A stretch of 64,000 nt of DNA, from positions 1 to 64,000 of the IMG/VR virus record IMGVR_UViG_3300049215_000481; one strand, 5' to 3'. Positions 43,561 through 53,458 of this stretch are shown here, in pieces (the stretch's first letter is position 1; each line of letters opens with the position of its first letter). Made by a program: the position numbers and the translations under genes. The notes under the pieces are model-generated. The model did not search any database. It was not told the DNA's origin and was given only the letters and a program-made list of their open reading frames with translations. Source of the stretch: a virus.

Positions 43561-46302
43561 GTGCCAACCATCGTCGGACCAGGCTTCGCCCTGGAGAGCG
43601 TCACCCAGCTCAGCGCCACCTCACTCTGCGTGAAGTTCACGCAGAACCCGAAGGCGGTCTCTGCTGCGGCCACCAACGACGCGCTCAACCCCGAGAACTA
43701 CTCGCTCACGGGGCCTGGGCTGAATCACGTCCTATCGGTCTCGACGGTGGCCGGCGACCCGCAGTCCGTTGCACTCACGCTGAAGGCGCCCCTGCTCATC
43801 GGCGGGTGGACGCTCTCCGTCGCCAACGTAGTCGAGGACAACCTCAACGCGCTCACGCCGCCGACCGCCCTCGACTTCATCGTCGCGACGCAGCCGACGC
43901 AGACCCCGCTCCACGGCGGCGCGTCCAACGACGAGGCAGCCGCGGTCATCCGCAAGTTCCTGAACCCCGCCCTCGTCGGCAAGGGCTGGGACTCGATGAT
44001 CGCCGCTCTCGCCGCGGGCGACGCCGCGAACTGGGAGAACGCGAAGAAGGCCTTCAACCAGCTCTTCCTCTCGACGGCCTCGGGCATCTACCTCGACCGC
44101 CGCGCGGGCGACTACGGCCAGAAGCGCCCCGAGGGCGTGGACATGCCGGACGAGATTTTCCGCCGGCTGGCCATCATCGGCAAGACGCGCAAGCTCACGC
44201 AGGAAGCTGTCCTCGAAGTCCTGGAGGTCTACTACGGCCGGGACGCTCTCCGCGGCTTCGCCACGACGGGCACGTTCGAGACGTTCACCCTGAACGACGG
44301 CGACACCCTCTCCATCCTCTTCGACGAGAAGGACCTCGTCACCACCACGTTCAAGAGCAGCGAGTTCATCCGCATCTCGCAGGCGACGGCGCTGGAGGTG
44401 GCAGCGGCCATCACGCGCGCGTGCAAGGCGGCTGGCAACCAGGGCTTCGCGGTCGCGCAGACGGACCAGACGACTGGTCAGGTCGGCGTCCGCGTGTACA
44501 GCGGCAGCTTGGGCCTCAGCTCGTCGGTACGCATTGTCGGCGGGCGCGCGCAGACGCAGCTCCTGTTCCCGACGTCGATCTTCCCGTTCTCCAGCTCGTC
44601 TCCGACCGCCGTGTGGAGCGTCTCGCTCTCCCCGACGACGCCCGGCAACGTCCGCTTCACGATGACGAGCGGCTCGGTCTTCGACCTCACCGACGTGCAG
44701 GCCGGCGACCTCGTCTACATCTACGGCGCGGAGTTCGCCGCGTGCTCGTGCATCGGTACGTTCACGATCACCGACGTGTCCGTCACCTACGCGGGCTCGG
44801 TCAAGACGCAGTGGTTCGAGTTCGCGAACGAGGACGGCACCGCCGGCAGCGTCACGCAGACTAGCTTCACGGACTTGATGTTCTTCCGCCCGGTGCGGCA
44901 CACCATCTACGAGCACCCGCGGCATGTGGTCGTGGCGCAGGCCGACGACGCGCTCGACATCGTCATCCCGGCGACCACGCAGGCCGTCGGTCGCTCGCCC
45001 GGCATCGCCGGCTACCTGAACGACAACGACACCGTCGAGGTCACCTCCCTCGTTCGCACGCCGACGGGCGACATCACGGTCATGGCGTCGGCCCCGCACG
45101 GCCTCGCGGCGGGCGACCAGATCGTCATCGACGACGCGTTCCCCACGGGCGCTGCAGCTCCCGTCACGACGGGCGCCCCCAGCGGAGACTTCTCCGGCGG
45201 CGTGGCCACGGGCACGACGGACGCCTCGCTGGCGACGACGGCGAGCGAAGCGCACACGTTCGAGGGGGTGAACCACAAGGTCGCGCGCACCCCCGAGGGC
45301 CTGCTGCTGATCATCGGCGGCCAGACGCAGACTAACGACGTGACCATCACCTCGCTCGCCAACCCGGTGGTCTTCGAGATCGTCAACGAGGTCGTCGACG
45401 GCAACACGGGTGGTCGCGAGCAGAACTACAAGTGGACGAAGCTCGCCAGCTCATTCCACACCGCGCGGCGCGCGTTCGGCCTCAGCGCATCGAGCTGGAG
45501 CGGCAAGGTGCTCGCCACCGGCGGGACGAACGGCGACGACGTCACCGGCACGCCCAACAACCACTGGGACCTCTACACCTACACCAACGCGCCCCCGCGG
45601 AACACCCAGGCGACGGGCACGATGCCCATCTCCGTCGCCGCTCACGCACAGGCGTCCCTCGGCATCTACGGCGAGCTGATCTCCGGCGGCTGGACGACCC
45701 CTGGCGTCCCCATCGCAACCGCCTACATCTTCGACACCGTCGCGCAGACGTGGACTGCGAAGGCGTCGATGAAGCGCGCCCGCATGTACCACCAGATCGT
45801 GCCCCTGCCGGGAAACCCGCCCCTCGGGCTCGCCATCGGCGGCAAGACGGACACCAAGGTCCTGGCGGCTTGCGAGACCTACGACGCCGTCGAGGACGCC
45901 TGGACGCCCACGTGCTCCATGACGTACGCCCGATACAACTTCGGCGCAGTTGCACTCGGCGACGGGCGCGTGCTCGTGGTCGGCGGCAAGGGCTACCATG
46001 CCACGCAGAGCACGACGCAGGTGACGCTCGCGACGTGCGAGCTGTACGACCCGACGTCGAAACTCTGGAGTGTCATCCCACCGATGGCTCTCGCGCGTGA
46101 GAACCCGGCCATCGCCTACATCCCCTCCCAGAACGTCGTCATGGTGGCTGGCTCCGGCAGCACGACCATCGAGATCCTCGACGTCGCGACGATGCGCTGG
46201 AGGCGCTCGCTGTCCTCGTTGTCGGTGGCGTTCATCGGCTCTGTTGGTGCTCTCGCAGGCGTCGACACGTTCACGGTCATCGGCGGGGTCCTGGCAGGCT
46301 AG
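43561..46302 (+). CDS. baseplate wedge-like protein with C-terminal kelch repeats
   Basis: FLSTASGIYLDRRAGDYG..RP...DEIFR; kelch ARYNFGAVALGDGRVLVVGG...ELYDP. Confidence 0.75.
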   Translation: MPTIVGPGFALESVTQLSATSLCVKFTQNPKAVSAAATNDALNPENYSLTGPGLNHVLSVSTVAGDPQSVALTLKAPLLIGGWTLSVANVVEDNLNALTPPTALDFIVATQPTQTPLHGGASNDEAAAVIRKFLNPALVGKGWDSMIAALAAGDAANWENAKKAFNQLFLSTASGIYLDRRAGDYGQKRPEGVDMPDEIFRRLAIIGKTRKLTQEAVLEVLEVYYGRDALRGFATTGTFETFTLNDGDTLSILFDEKDLVTTTFKSSEFIRISQATALEVAAAITRACKAAGNQGFAVAQTDQTTGQVGVRVYSGSLGLSSSVRIVGGRAQTQLLFPTSIFPFSSSSPTAVWSVSLSPTTPGNVRFTMTSGSVFDLTDVQAGDLVYIYGAEFAACSCIGTFTITDVSVTYAGSVKTQWFEFANEDGTAGSVTQTSFTDLMFFRPVRHTIYEHPRHVVVAQADDALDIVIPATTQAVGRSPGIAGYLNDNDTVEVTSLVRTPTGDITVMASAPHGLAAGDQIVIDDAFPTGAAAPVTTGAPSGDFSGGVATGTTDASLATTASEAHTFEGVNHKVARTPEGLLLIIGGQTQTNDVTITSLANPVVFEIVNEVVDGNTGGREQNYKWTKLASSFHTARRAFGLSASSWSGKVLATGGTNGDDVTGTPNNHWDLYTYTNAPPRNTQATGTMPISVAAHAQASLGIYGELISGGWTTPGVPIATAYIFDTVAQTWTAKASMKRARMYHQIVPLPGNPPLGLAIGGKTDTKVLAACETYDAVEDAWTPTCSMTYARYNFGAVALGDGRVLVVGGKGYHATQSTTQVTLATCELYDPTSKLWSVIPPMALARENPAIAYIPSQNVVMVAGSGSTTIEILDVATMRWRRSLSSLSVAFIGSVGALAGVDTFTVIGGVLAG

Positions 46303-46321
46303 CAGCAATCTTTCCGGGGAG

Positions 46322-47233
46322 ATGGAGTGGCTCACCGTCCTCACCTGCCCCGCGCGCCGCGAGTACTTCGCGGCCACGATTGCGTCCCTCAGGTGGGCCG
46401 GCAGCGACAAGTTCACGGGTGAGAAGATCGTCTTCATCGACGGCACCACCCAGCTCTCCGACGAGGACTGGGCCTGGTACCGCGAGGCGGCCCCGGGGTG
46501 GTCCTTCCGAAGCACTAGCCCTGACGGAGCCTCGATCGGCACCAAGCCGGCGATGCTCTCGCTGCTGCACCAAGCGGCCGAGGCAGCTGTCGAGCGCCTC
46601 GTCTACTGCGAGGACGACATCCTCTGCAGCAAGAACGCCATCCCAGCGATCCTGCGACTGAAGGGCCACGACCGCCTCGCTTTCGTCAGCTTCTGCGACA
46701 TCAAGAACCTCGGCTTCAAGCCGGGGCTCACCGAGGCGCCGGGCTACGACTTCGCAGGCCCCTCCGGCCAGGGTGGACACTGGGGCAACCAGATGTTGCT
46801 CCTCAGCGGCAAGGCCCTGCAGTACCTGCGGTCGACGACGGAGATGCCCGACTGGGGTATCAGCATCCCGAACCTCGGGCAGGACTGGCCGAAGAAGCCC
46901 GAGGACATCGCGCTCGGCAAGAAGGCGTCGGACATCATGCTGGGTATCTCCCTGGCGCTGCCGCCGGCCCCCTGGGCGAAGTACGGCATCTTCACCCCGT
47001 CGCTCTGCCAGCACATCGGCGAGCGCTCGTTGGTGAACCCGGTGGCGACTGCGAACGGGTTCGGCCGGGACTCGCTCACGTGGCCAGGTACGGACTTCGA
47101 CGCGCTCACTCTCAATCTTGAGGACCCTGAGCATCACGAGGCCATCCCGCACTGGAGGGCCGACAAGAGGACGCAGTACGCGATCCGATTCCGCGGCGGC
47201 AACGCGCGTCGCAACCGAGCAACGAAGGACTAG
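46322..47233 (+). CDS. glycosyltransferase-like protein
   Basis: RREYFAATIASL...VFIDG...VYCEDDIL...PSLCQHIGERS (GT-A-like). Confidence 0.7.
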   Translation: MEWLTVLTCPARREYFAATIASLRWAGSDKFTGEKIVFIDGTTQLSDEDWAWYREAAPGWSFRSTSPDGASIGTKPAMLSLLHQAAEAAVERLVYCEDDILCSKNAIPAILRLKGHDRLAFVSFCDIKNLGFKPGLTEAPGYDFAGPSGQGGHWGNQMLLLSGKALQYLRSTTEMPDWGISIPNLGQDWPKKPEDIALGKKASDIMLGISLALPPAPWAKYGIFTPSLCQHIGERSLVNPVATANGFGRDSLTWPGTDFDALTLNLEDPEHHEAIPHWRADKRTQYAIRFRGGNARRNRATKD

Positions 47234-47791
47234 ATGACGATCACGTGGAAAGACGTACCCGGTTGGTTTAGCTGGCCAGCGATCTATGACGACGCCATTG
47301 CGCGCGCTCCCCAGTCGGGAGCGCTGTTCGTGGACGTCGGTGTGTTCTGCGGCAGGTCGGTCATCTACCTGGCCCAGAAGGCGATGGAGGCCGGCAAGGA
47401 CATCAGGATCGACGCGGTCTACGACTACAGCCGCTCCTTCGGCCTGACGCCGGACGCGACGCGCGCGTTCTTCGAGGTGTGCGGTGTGACCGACAAGATC
47501 ACGCTTCGCACCGGGCGCCCCGCCGCGCAGGCGACGGCTTACGCCGACGACTCCATCGACATGCTCTACCTCGACTGCGACCACTCGTACGAGGCGATGG
47601 TTGCGGTCATCAGCGCCTTCCTGCCGAAGGTGAAGAGCGGCGGCGTCATCGCGGGTGACGACTACACGGACAAGTGGCCTGGCGTCATCAGGGCGGTGAC
47701 GGAGCTGCTGCCGAACGCGCAGGTCATCGACTGCACCGACGGCCTCACGCCGGAGACGAAAGGTACGACCTTCCGCTGGGTCAAGCCGTAA
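47234..47791 (+). CDS. class I SAM-dependent methyltransferase (Methyltransf_24-like)
   Basis: FVDVGVFCGRS...IDMLYLDCDHSYE...LPKVKSGGVIAGDDY..WPGV. Confidence 0.88.
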   Translation: MTITWKDVPGWFSWPAIYDDAIARAPQSGALFVDVGVFCGRSVIYLAQKAMEAGKDIRIDAVYDYSRSFGLTPDATRAFFEVCGVTDKITLRTGRPAAQATAYADDSIDMLYLDCDHSYEAMVAVISAFLPKVKSGGVIAGDDYTDKWPGVIRAVTELLPNAQVIDCTDGLTPETKGTTFRWVKP

Positions 47792-47797
47792 GGACGC

Positions 47798-49435
47798 ATG
47801 TCCCTCCACTTCCAATACCCGACCATCGCCGGGGCCACCGTCACGAACACGGTGGGCCTGGCGCTGCGCGCTGACCACACGTGGACGGTCGACTGGACCA
47901 CGCTGGGGTCGCCGGTCCAGGTCACGCTCTCTTTCGACGGTCAGATCGACCCGGCGGTGTTCCCCGGCGGCATCGCGCTCTGGGCGTCGTCCATCTCAGG
48001 TGACACGAGCGGCACCGGCGCTCTGCTCGCAGAGATCGAGCTGCCTCTGGGCGGTACGGTCGCGTGGGGGCCCAACACCTACGCCGAGACGTGGACGACG
48101 ACGAGTGCGACCAGCGTCGTCGTGAAGCAGATCGCGATCGACGGCTCGACCCTCCCGACGGGCATCAACGCTCTCACGCTCTCCATCCTGGCTGGCCAGG
48201 TCCAGTACAGCAACGTCGACGGCGGCCTGAACATCATCGTCAGCCCCACGAACGACCCGCTCCACGACCCAGACGCCACCATCCTCTGGTACTCGGCCGG
48301 CGAGTCGGGCCCGGCGACGACATGGACGAACTTCAACTCGCTGCCCGATCCATCGCTCGCGCGCTTCACGAACCCGAACCCCAGCGGCACCTTCTACCTG
48401 AGCTTCACCGCGGCCGTCGGCGGCGGCACGGTCACGCCGTCCGGGTTCCGCAACTTCGAGATCGACCTACTCCAGTACGAGCACTTCACGACGACGGTCA
48501 CCGTCGCGAACCCCGGCCCGTCGAAGCCGTACCTCGTGTTCACGTCCTTCGCGGGCGAGATGGGCGAAGAGGCCGGGTTCGCATCCGTCACGCTCGAGTA
48601 TAAGAACGGCGACGTCTTGATCGCAGACGTCGCGCCTGCACCACCGGGCCCCGGCGCCACGGGGAAGTTCAACTACGTCGTCATCAAGGCGTCCGAGGTC
48701 CGCCGCCAGGGCGGCTTGAATCGAGAGGGGTCCGTGGCGTCCGTGCTCACGAGCACCGCGTTCACCCTCAAGGCGACCGACCAGGACTACACTCGGCCGT
48801 ACACCGAGGCGAGCGGCTCGGTCGTCGTGAAGAAGAAGGCCCCGGCGGCCCCGAACGGCGTCCCGGGTCCGTTCTCGTACGACGTCAAAAACGGGCTGCC
48901 TGTCACGAGCACCGACGCCAAGCTCGGCCAGACGATCGAGAAGGGCCGCAAGTACTCCTCGATCATGCTCGACACCAGCTCGGACTCGTCGCCCGCGATG
49001 AGCTTCCCCGACGCTGAGGGGTTCCTCGTCTTCAACTTCGGCCGCGCCAACGTCGTCGGCCCGGTCAAGTACCTGGGGCGCCTCGGCACCGCAGAGCTGG
49101 CCATCGACGCCTCCTTCGCCTTCCCCGCTTCGTTTGACGTCGGTGTGACGGTCACCCTGCTCTCGGGCCGCACCCCCTTCCAGCCTCCCCAGGGCACGAA
49201 CCCGGGCAACTTCTACGCAACCGGCTCGGCCGCTGGGCGCGTCGCCGCTCAGGCGTCGATCGACGACACCGTCGCTTCCGGCGTCAACGTCAACGTCGAC
49301 GTGGTGTACCCGAGCGACCGCGGCCTCGGCGGCGAGGGCCTCCCGGCCAAGGGGGCGCAGAAGCTCTCCGACAAGGTGGCAGTGTGGGGCGGCGACGACC
49401 TGGACGCTGAGGTCGCGAAGGCCAAGAAAGAGTAG
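47798..49435 (+). CDS. putative baseplate/tail structural protein
   Basis: ORF track; beta-rich; C-terminal half baseplate-like. Confidence 0.65.
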   Translation: MSLHFQYPTIAGATVTNTVGLALRADHTWTVDWTTLGSPVQVTLSFDGQIDPAVFPGGIALWASSISGDTSGTGALLAEIELPLGGTVAWGPNTYAETWTTTSATSVVVKQIAIDGSTLPTGINALTLSILAGQVQYSNVDGGLNIIVSPTNDPLHDPDATILWYSAGESGPATTWTNFNSLPDPSLARFTNPNPSGTFYLSFTAAVGGGTVTPSGFRNFEIDLLQYEHFTTTVTVANPGPSKPYLVFTSFAGEMGEEAGFASVTLEYKNGDVLIADVAPAPPGPGATGKFNYVVIKASEVRRQGGLNREGSVASVLTSTAFTLKATDQDYTRPYTEASGSVVVKKKAPAAPNGVPGPFSYDVKNGLPVTSTDAKLGQTIEKGRKYSSIMLDTSSDSSPAMSFPDAEGFLVFNFGRANVVGPVKYLGRLGTAELAIDASFAFPASFDVGVTVTLLSGRTPFQPPQGTNPGNFYATGSAAGRVAAQASIDDTVASGVNVNVDVVYPSDRGLGGEGLPAKGAQKLSDKVAVWGGDDLDAEVAKAKKE

Positions 49436-49463
49436 CCCGCCCGCAATCTTGTGTGAGTAGCCC

Positions 49464-49895
49464 ATGGCTCGCTCACACCTCATCACAGGGGCGAAGGTTG
49501 CCCTTTACGTCAACGGGGAGCGCTACGGGCGCGTCTTCGACTTCCGCTGGAGCCCCGAGACGCCCAAGCGGGCGATCCACGGCATCGACTCGCAGGAGGC
49601 ATTCGAGCTGGCGCCGACCATCGCGCGGTGCACGGGCTCGATGAACATCCTCCGCCTGTCCGGAGACGGCGGGGCCGAGGGGGCGGGCCTCTCCGTGCCG
49701 TTCCCCGAGCTGAGCCGCGAGCAGTACTTCAGCCTCGTGCTCGTCGAGATCCCAACGAACCTCGTGCTGTTCGCCTCTCGCCAGTGCTCAGCGAACTCTC
49801 AGTCCTGGGGCGCGGCGACGCGCGACTACGTGCGCGGGTCCGTGAACTTCGAGTGCATCGGTTGGAACAACGAAGTGAAGCCGTTCAACCGGTAG
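49464..49895 (+). CDS. tail tube-like protein
   Basis: ITGAKVALYVNG...IHGIDSQEAFELAP; size and pattern of tube-fold proteins. Confidence 0.6.
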   Translation: MARSHLITGAKVALYVNGERYGRVFDFRWSPETPKRAIHGIDSQEAFELAPTIARCTGSMNILRLSGDGGAEGAGLSVPFPELSREQYFSLVLVEIPTNLVLFASRQCSANSQSWGAATRDYVRGSVNFECIGWNNEVKPFNR

Positions 49896-49919
49896 CCGCA
49901 ATCTTCACCTGGAAACTAG

Positions 49920-51662
49920 ATGAGCGTTCTTCGTCAAGAAAACTGGCTCGGCCAGCAGCGCGTTGACATCCCCCACCTGCGCTCCATCGAGAGTGCGGTG
50001 GCGGGCGACTTCGACCTCCTGGCCGGCACCATCCTCGCGGGCAAGGCCCCGCTGGTGGCGTCGGGCTTCTACGTCTTCACGACCGCTGTCACCAAGGCGG
50101 AGGCGCTCCAAGTCCAGGTCGGCGACGCGACGCTGATCCACTTCTACGCTTCCGAGAGCGGCTCCATCTTCCATGTGCCGGCGGACCGCGCGGCGGAGAC
50201 GCTGTCTTCGACGAACCCGCGGGTCTCGGGCTCGTTCACGCCCGGCCAGGTCAACTACGTGGGCATCGACCTCGTTCGCTCAGCGGACGACAGCACGGTC
50301 GACCTCGTGCAGTTCATCGACACGAACTCCTTGCTGGAGGACCCCAAGTCGGTCCCGCTCGCGCGCACCCTCGACTACCGCTTCGTCATCTCGACGACGG
50401 ACTTCGAGTCGAACCCGAGCGTCGCCCCCATCGCGCGCGTCACGCTCGACGCGTCGAGCGGCGTCATCGCCGTCGAGGACGCCCGCAACATCTTCTGGCG
50501 CCTGGGCACCGGCGGCAGCACGCCCAACGCGCTCTACAACTACCCGTGGCCCGGCGGACGTCGCGAAGAGTCCAGCGGCGACAAGTTCCTCGGCGGCGAC
50601 AAGGGCATCAAGAGCCTCAAGGAGTGGATGGACGCGGCGATGAGCCGCATCTGGGAGGTCGGCGGCGGCGAGCACTGGTACAGCCCCGGCGCGGACCGCA
50701 ACGTGGTCCTCGCGCGCACGGGCTCGCCGTTCGTCAGCTCGGGCGAGTACTTCGAGTGGGACGGCACCAACCTCCACTGGAAGGGCCTCGTCGTCACGTT
50801 CGCGAACTCGACCGGCATCTTCAACGAGACCATTAGCGCGACGAGCGACCAGGCGGGACTCACTGACCTCGCGGACGGCGAGTGCATCTACGTCGACATC
50901 GACAGGTCGCAGAACCGCTACGTCACGCCTCCCCTGGGCGGCGCGACCGCACTGCAGCCCCAGAAGGCACCGCTCGCCCAGCTCGGCAACCCCGCTGTCC
51001 CCGGGAGCCGCTGGGTCCTGGCGTGGCGCTACGGCTCGAACATCTACGTCCGCGACCAGTCGTACCCGGTCGGTTCGTCGTTCAAGCTCGCGACGACGGC
51101 CGCCGCTGGTGGCGTGAAGGTCTCCGCGTCCGACAGCGCCTCGGTGTCCCCGATCACCGTCGCGACAGTGGACTCGGTCAGCAAGGCTGCGTACGCCTCC
51201 GGTATCACGCGCGGCTCCGACTTCTTCGGGGGCCCCGGCGATATCCAGATTGGCGGCTTCGGCTCGTACGACCACCGCGTACTCATCAAGGCTGGACGGC
51301 CCATCGACGACGTCCGCATCGAGGGTTCGCAGAACTTCACCTCGGGCTTCAACTCGCCGTGCTCGATCGCCAACACGCTCGACTTCGTCACGACCGACCT
51401 CCAGGCGCGCACGCTCAGGCTCATCGGCTACAACGGCTCCGAGTCGCGCGAAGAGGACGCCCACCAGTTCCATTCCGGCGGCGGCATGGGCTGGCGCGCA
51501 GTCATCGACGAGCCGGCCACTCCGACGCCGACTTCGGCGCAGCCCATCTGCGCGGTGGAGTTCTACCGCCAGCTCGGGACCACGCCAAACGCCCGATACC
51601 AGAAGTGCATCAAGTGGCCCGACGGAGACATCACCGTCATCGCCGAGAGCAACACCTTCTAA
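49920..51662 (+). CDS. putative tail fibre attachment/baseplate protein
   Basis: ORF track; late motif upstream. Confidence 0.65.
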   Translation: MSVLRQENWLGQQRVDIPHLRSIESAVAGDFDLLAGTILAGKAPLVASGFYVFTTAVTKAEALQVQVGDATLIHFYASESGSIFHVPADRAAETLSSTNPRVSGSFTPGQVNYVGIDLVRSADDSTVDLVQFIDTNSLLEDPKSVPLARTLDYRFVISTTDFESNPSVAPIARVTLDASSGVIAVEDARNIFWRLGTGGSTPNALYNYPWPGGRREESSGDKFLGGDKGIKSLKEWMDAAMSRIWEVGGGEHWYSPGADRNVVLARTGSPFVSSGEYFEWDGTNLHWKGLVVTFANSTGIFNETISATSDQAGLTDLADGECIYVDIDRSQNRYVTPPLGGATALQPQKAPLAQLGNPAVPGSRWVLAWRYGSNIYVRDQSYPVGSSFKLATTAAAGGVKVSASDSASVSPITVATVDSVSKAAYASGITRGSDFFGGPGDIQIGGFGSYDHRVLIKAGRPIDDVRIEGSQNFTSGFNSPCSIANTLDFVTTDLQARTLRLIGYNGSESREEDAHQFHSGGGMGWRAVIDEPATPTPTSAQPICAVEFYRQLGTTPNARYQKCIKWPDGDITVIAESNTF

Positions 51663-51671
51663 GAGTCCGAC

Positions 51672-51827
51672 ATGGCTGACAACACGCCTCCCCCGCCTCC
51701 CACTGTGACGATCCTGCGCTGCTCTTGCGGCAAGCAGATCGGCAAGATGACAACCGCCGCTCCGCCGGTCTCGGTGCCAGCAGTCGCATGCTTCCACTGC
51801 GCTGGCGACAGGAAGGGGAAGGCCTAA
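51672..51827 (+). CDS. small Zn-ribbon-like protein
   Basis: Manual translation MADNTPPPPPTVTILRCSCGKQIG...VACFHCAGDRKGKA*. Confidence 0.5.
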   Translation: MADNTPPPPPTVTILRCSCGKQIGKMTTAAPPVSVPAVACFHCAGDRKGKA

Positions 51828-52753
51828 TGGCATTTCGTGGTGGCAGTGGCGTCGACCCTTTCTTCTACGGGAATGGCGTCCTCGGAGATCTAGTCTTCAG
51901 CTCGACGACGATCCTCGTGCAGGACCTCTACGCGAAGCGCATTTCGTTCGTGAAGAACGACCCGCTCGACCCAGACTTCTCGATCCGACTGTACGGGTGT
52001 CGCCTGTTCGCGACCGAGAGCATCCACATCGGCCCAGGCGTCACGATCGACGCCTCCGGCCTGCCCGGCAACTCGGGCAGCGCTGCCGGCGCAGGTGGGG
52101 TCGGCACAGACTCTGGCTCTTCCATCCTCGGCGGTGGTGGCTCGGGCGGCAACGGTGGCAACGCCGGTGTCGCGGGCGCGAACGCTGACACCATGGACGT
52201 ACCGGCGAACACGGGTGGCCAGGGTGGCAGCTCCACCAGCGGAGCGCACGCTGGCGGCACCGGCGGCATCTACGTGCTCGACCCGCAGTACGCAGGCTCG
52301 GCGTTCAGCATCCAGGCGATGCTCCTCGGCCACATTCTGGCGCGCGGTACGAACTACATCATCGGAGGCGGCTCGGGCGGCGGTGGTGGTGCCGGTGCTG
52401 CAGCCACGGGCGGCGGCGGAGGCGCGGGAGGTGGGGTGATCTGCATGGCGGCCCCCACCATCACTCACGAGGGCATCATGACTGTAAAGGGTGGGCGCGG
52501 CGGCGACGGCCACACGTCAGGAGGGGGCGGTGGCGGCGGCGGCGCTGGCGGCCGGATCATGCTGATGTACGGCAAGCTCAACAACTTCGGCGGGACCTTC
52601 GACTACAGCGGTGGCAACGGCGGCGACGGCAAGAACGGCGTGACCAACCTCGGTGGGCGCGGTGGTGGCGGAGGCGTGCTGACGATCTTCTCCGACGAGG
52701 CGCACTCCGGTTCATTCAGCGGCAGCAACGGCTCGGACGGAGCCCACGGCTAG
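51827..52753 (+). CDS. glycine-rich tail-fibre-like protein
   Basis: MAFRGG..., GGGGSGG repeats. Confidence 0.75.
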   Translation: MAFRGGSGVDPFFYGNGVLGDLVFSSTTILVQDLYAKRISFVKNDPLDPDFSIRLYGCRLFATESIHIGPGVTIDASGLPGNSGSAAGAGGVGTDSGSSILGGGGSGGNGGNAGVAGANADTMDVPANTGGQGGSSTSGAHAGGTGGIYVLDPQYAGSAFSIQAMLLGHILARGTNYIIGGGSGGGGGAGAAATGGGGGAGGGVICMAAPTITHEGIMTVKGGRGGDGHTSGGGGGGGGAGGRIMLMYGKLNNFGGTFDYSGGNGGDGKNGVTNLGGRGGGGGVLTIFSDEAHSGSFSGSNGSDGAHG

Positions 52754-52771
52754 CCCCGTCGCAATCTTCAG

Positions 52772-53275
52772 GTGGCAGTGGAAGCCACCGATCTAGCGCG
52801 CAAGACAGCCGAGTTCGCGGTCCACGACCGCGGTAAGATGGAGGACCCGGTCGGGTCCAACGCAGGTCCGGCGATCATGCCGTACCTGCTCTACACTGGC
52901 CTGCCCGCAGGTCAGCCGTACTGCGCGTCCGCGTGCTCGCTGTGGGTGCACCTCGCGGCAGGCGCTCTCGACGTCACGCCCGTCTTCAAGAAGAGCGGCA
53001 GCGCGCTGGGGCTCGTGCGCGCGAACCCGAGTCTCGTGATCCCGAAGGAGCAGTTCGACGCCTCATGCGTCCCCTGCATCGGCATCAACGTGCACAGCGA
53101 CGGAGTCCACGGCCATGCGTTCCTCATCATCGGCTTCGACGAGGCCACGGGGGCGCTCACGACGGTCGACCCGAACTCGAATCCCTCCGGCTCTCGCGAA
53201 GGCATCGGCGTGTTCGTCCTGAACATCCGCAACATCAAGGACCCGCAGAGGGTCTGCTACCTGAGGATCGCGTAA
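52772..53275 (+). CDS. CHAP-like cell wall peptidase (putative endolysin)
   Basis: GSNAGP.I..YL...G...GQPYCAS...HGHAFLI...TVDPNS. Confidence 0.7.
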   Translation: MAVEATDLARKTAEFAVHDRGKMEDPVGSNAGPAIMPYLLYTGLPAGQPYCASACSLWVHLAAGALDVTPVFKKSGSALGLVRANPSLVIPKEQFDASCVPCIGINVHSDGVHGHAFLIIGFDEATGALTTVDPNSNPSGSREGIGVFVLNIRNIKDPQRVCYLRIA

Positions 53276-53430
53276 TGAGTGTTATCACAGGCTCTGTTGT
53301 GACCGGCGGCACCGCTGGCGGCCTCTCGGGTGACGGCATCCACCCCAGCGAGGCCGGTCACGCGAGCATCTTCGACGGCTCTGGCGGCTTCGCTGGCACC
53401 ACAAACGTCAAGGCAATCCTCGGGATCTAA
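53275..53430 (+). pseudogene. remnant of SGNH/GDSL hydrolase gene
   Basis: 51-aa ORF carrying only the DGIHPSEAGH block V motif. Confidence 0.5.
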
Positions 53431-53458
53431 GAGCCGCAATCTTTTCTGCGAGAGTCAC

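Larger units (their letters stand above)
30502..53443 (+). promoter_or_regulatory. recurrent (C/T)AATCTT motif, probable late promoter
   Basis: At 30502, 31459, 34040, 34626, 41398, 46306, 49444, 49899, 52762, 53437, each just upstream of a gene start. Confidence 0.75.
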
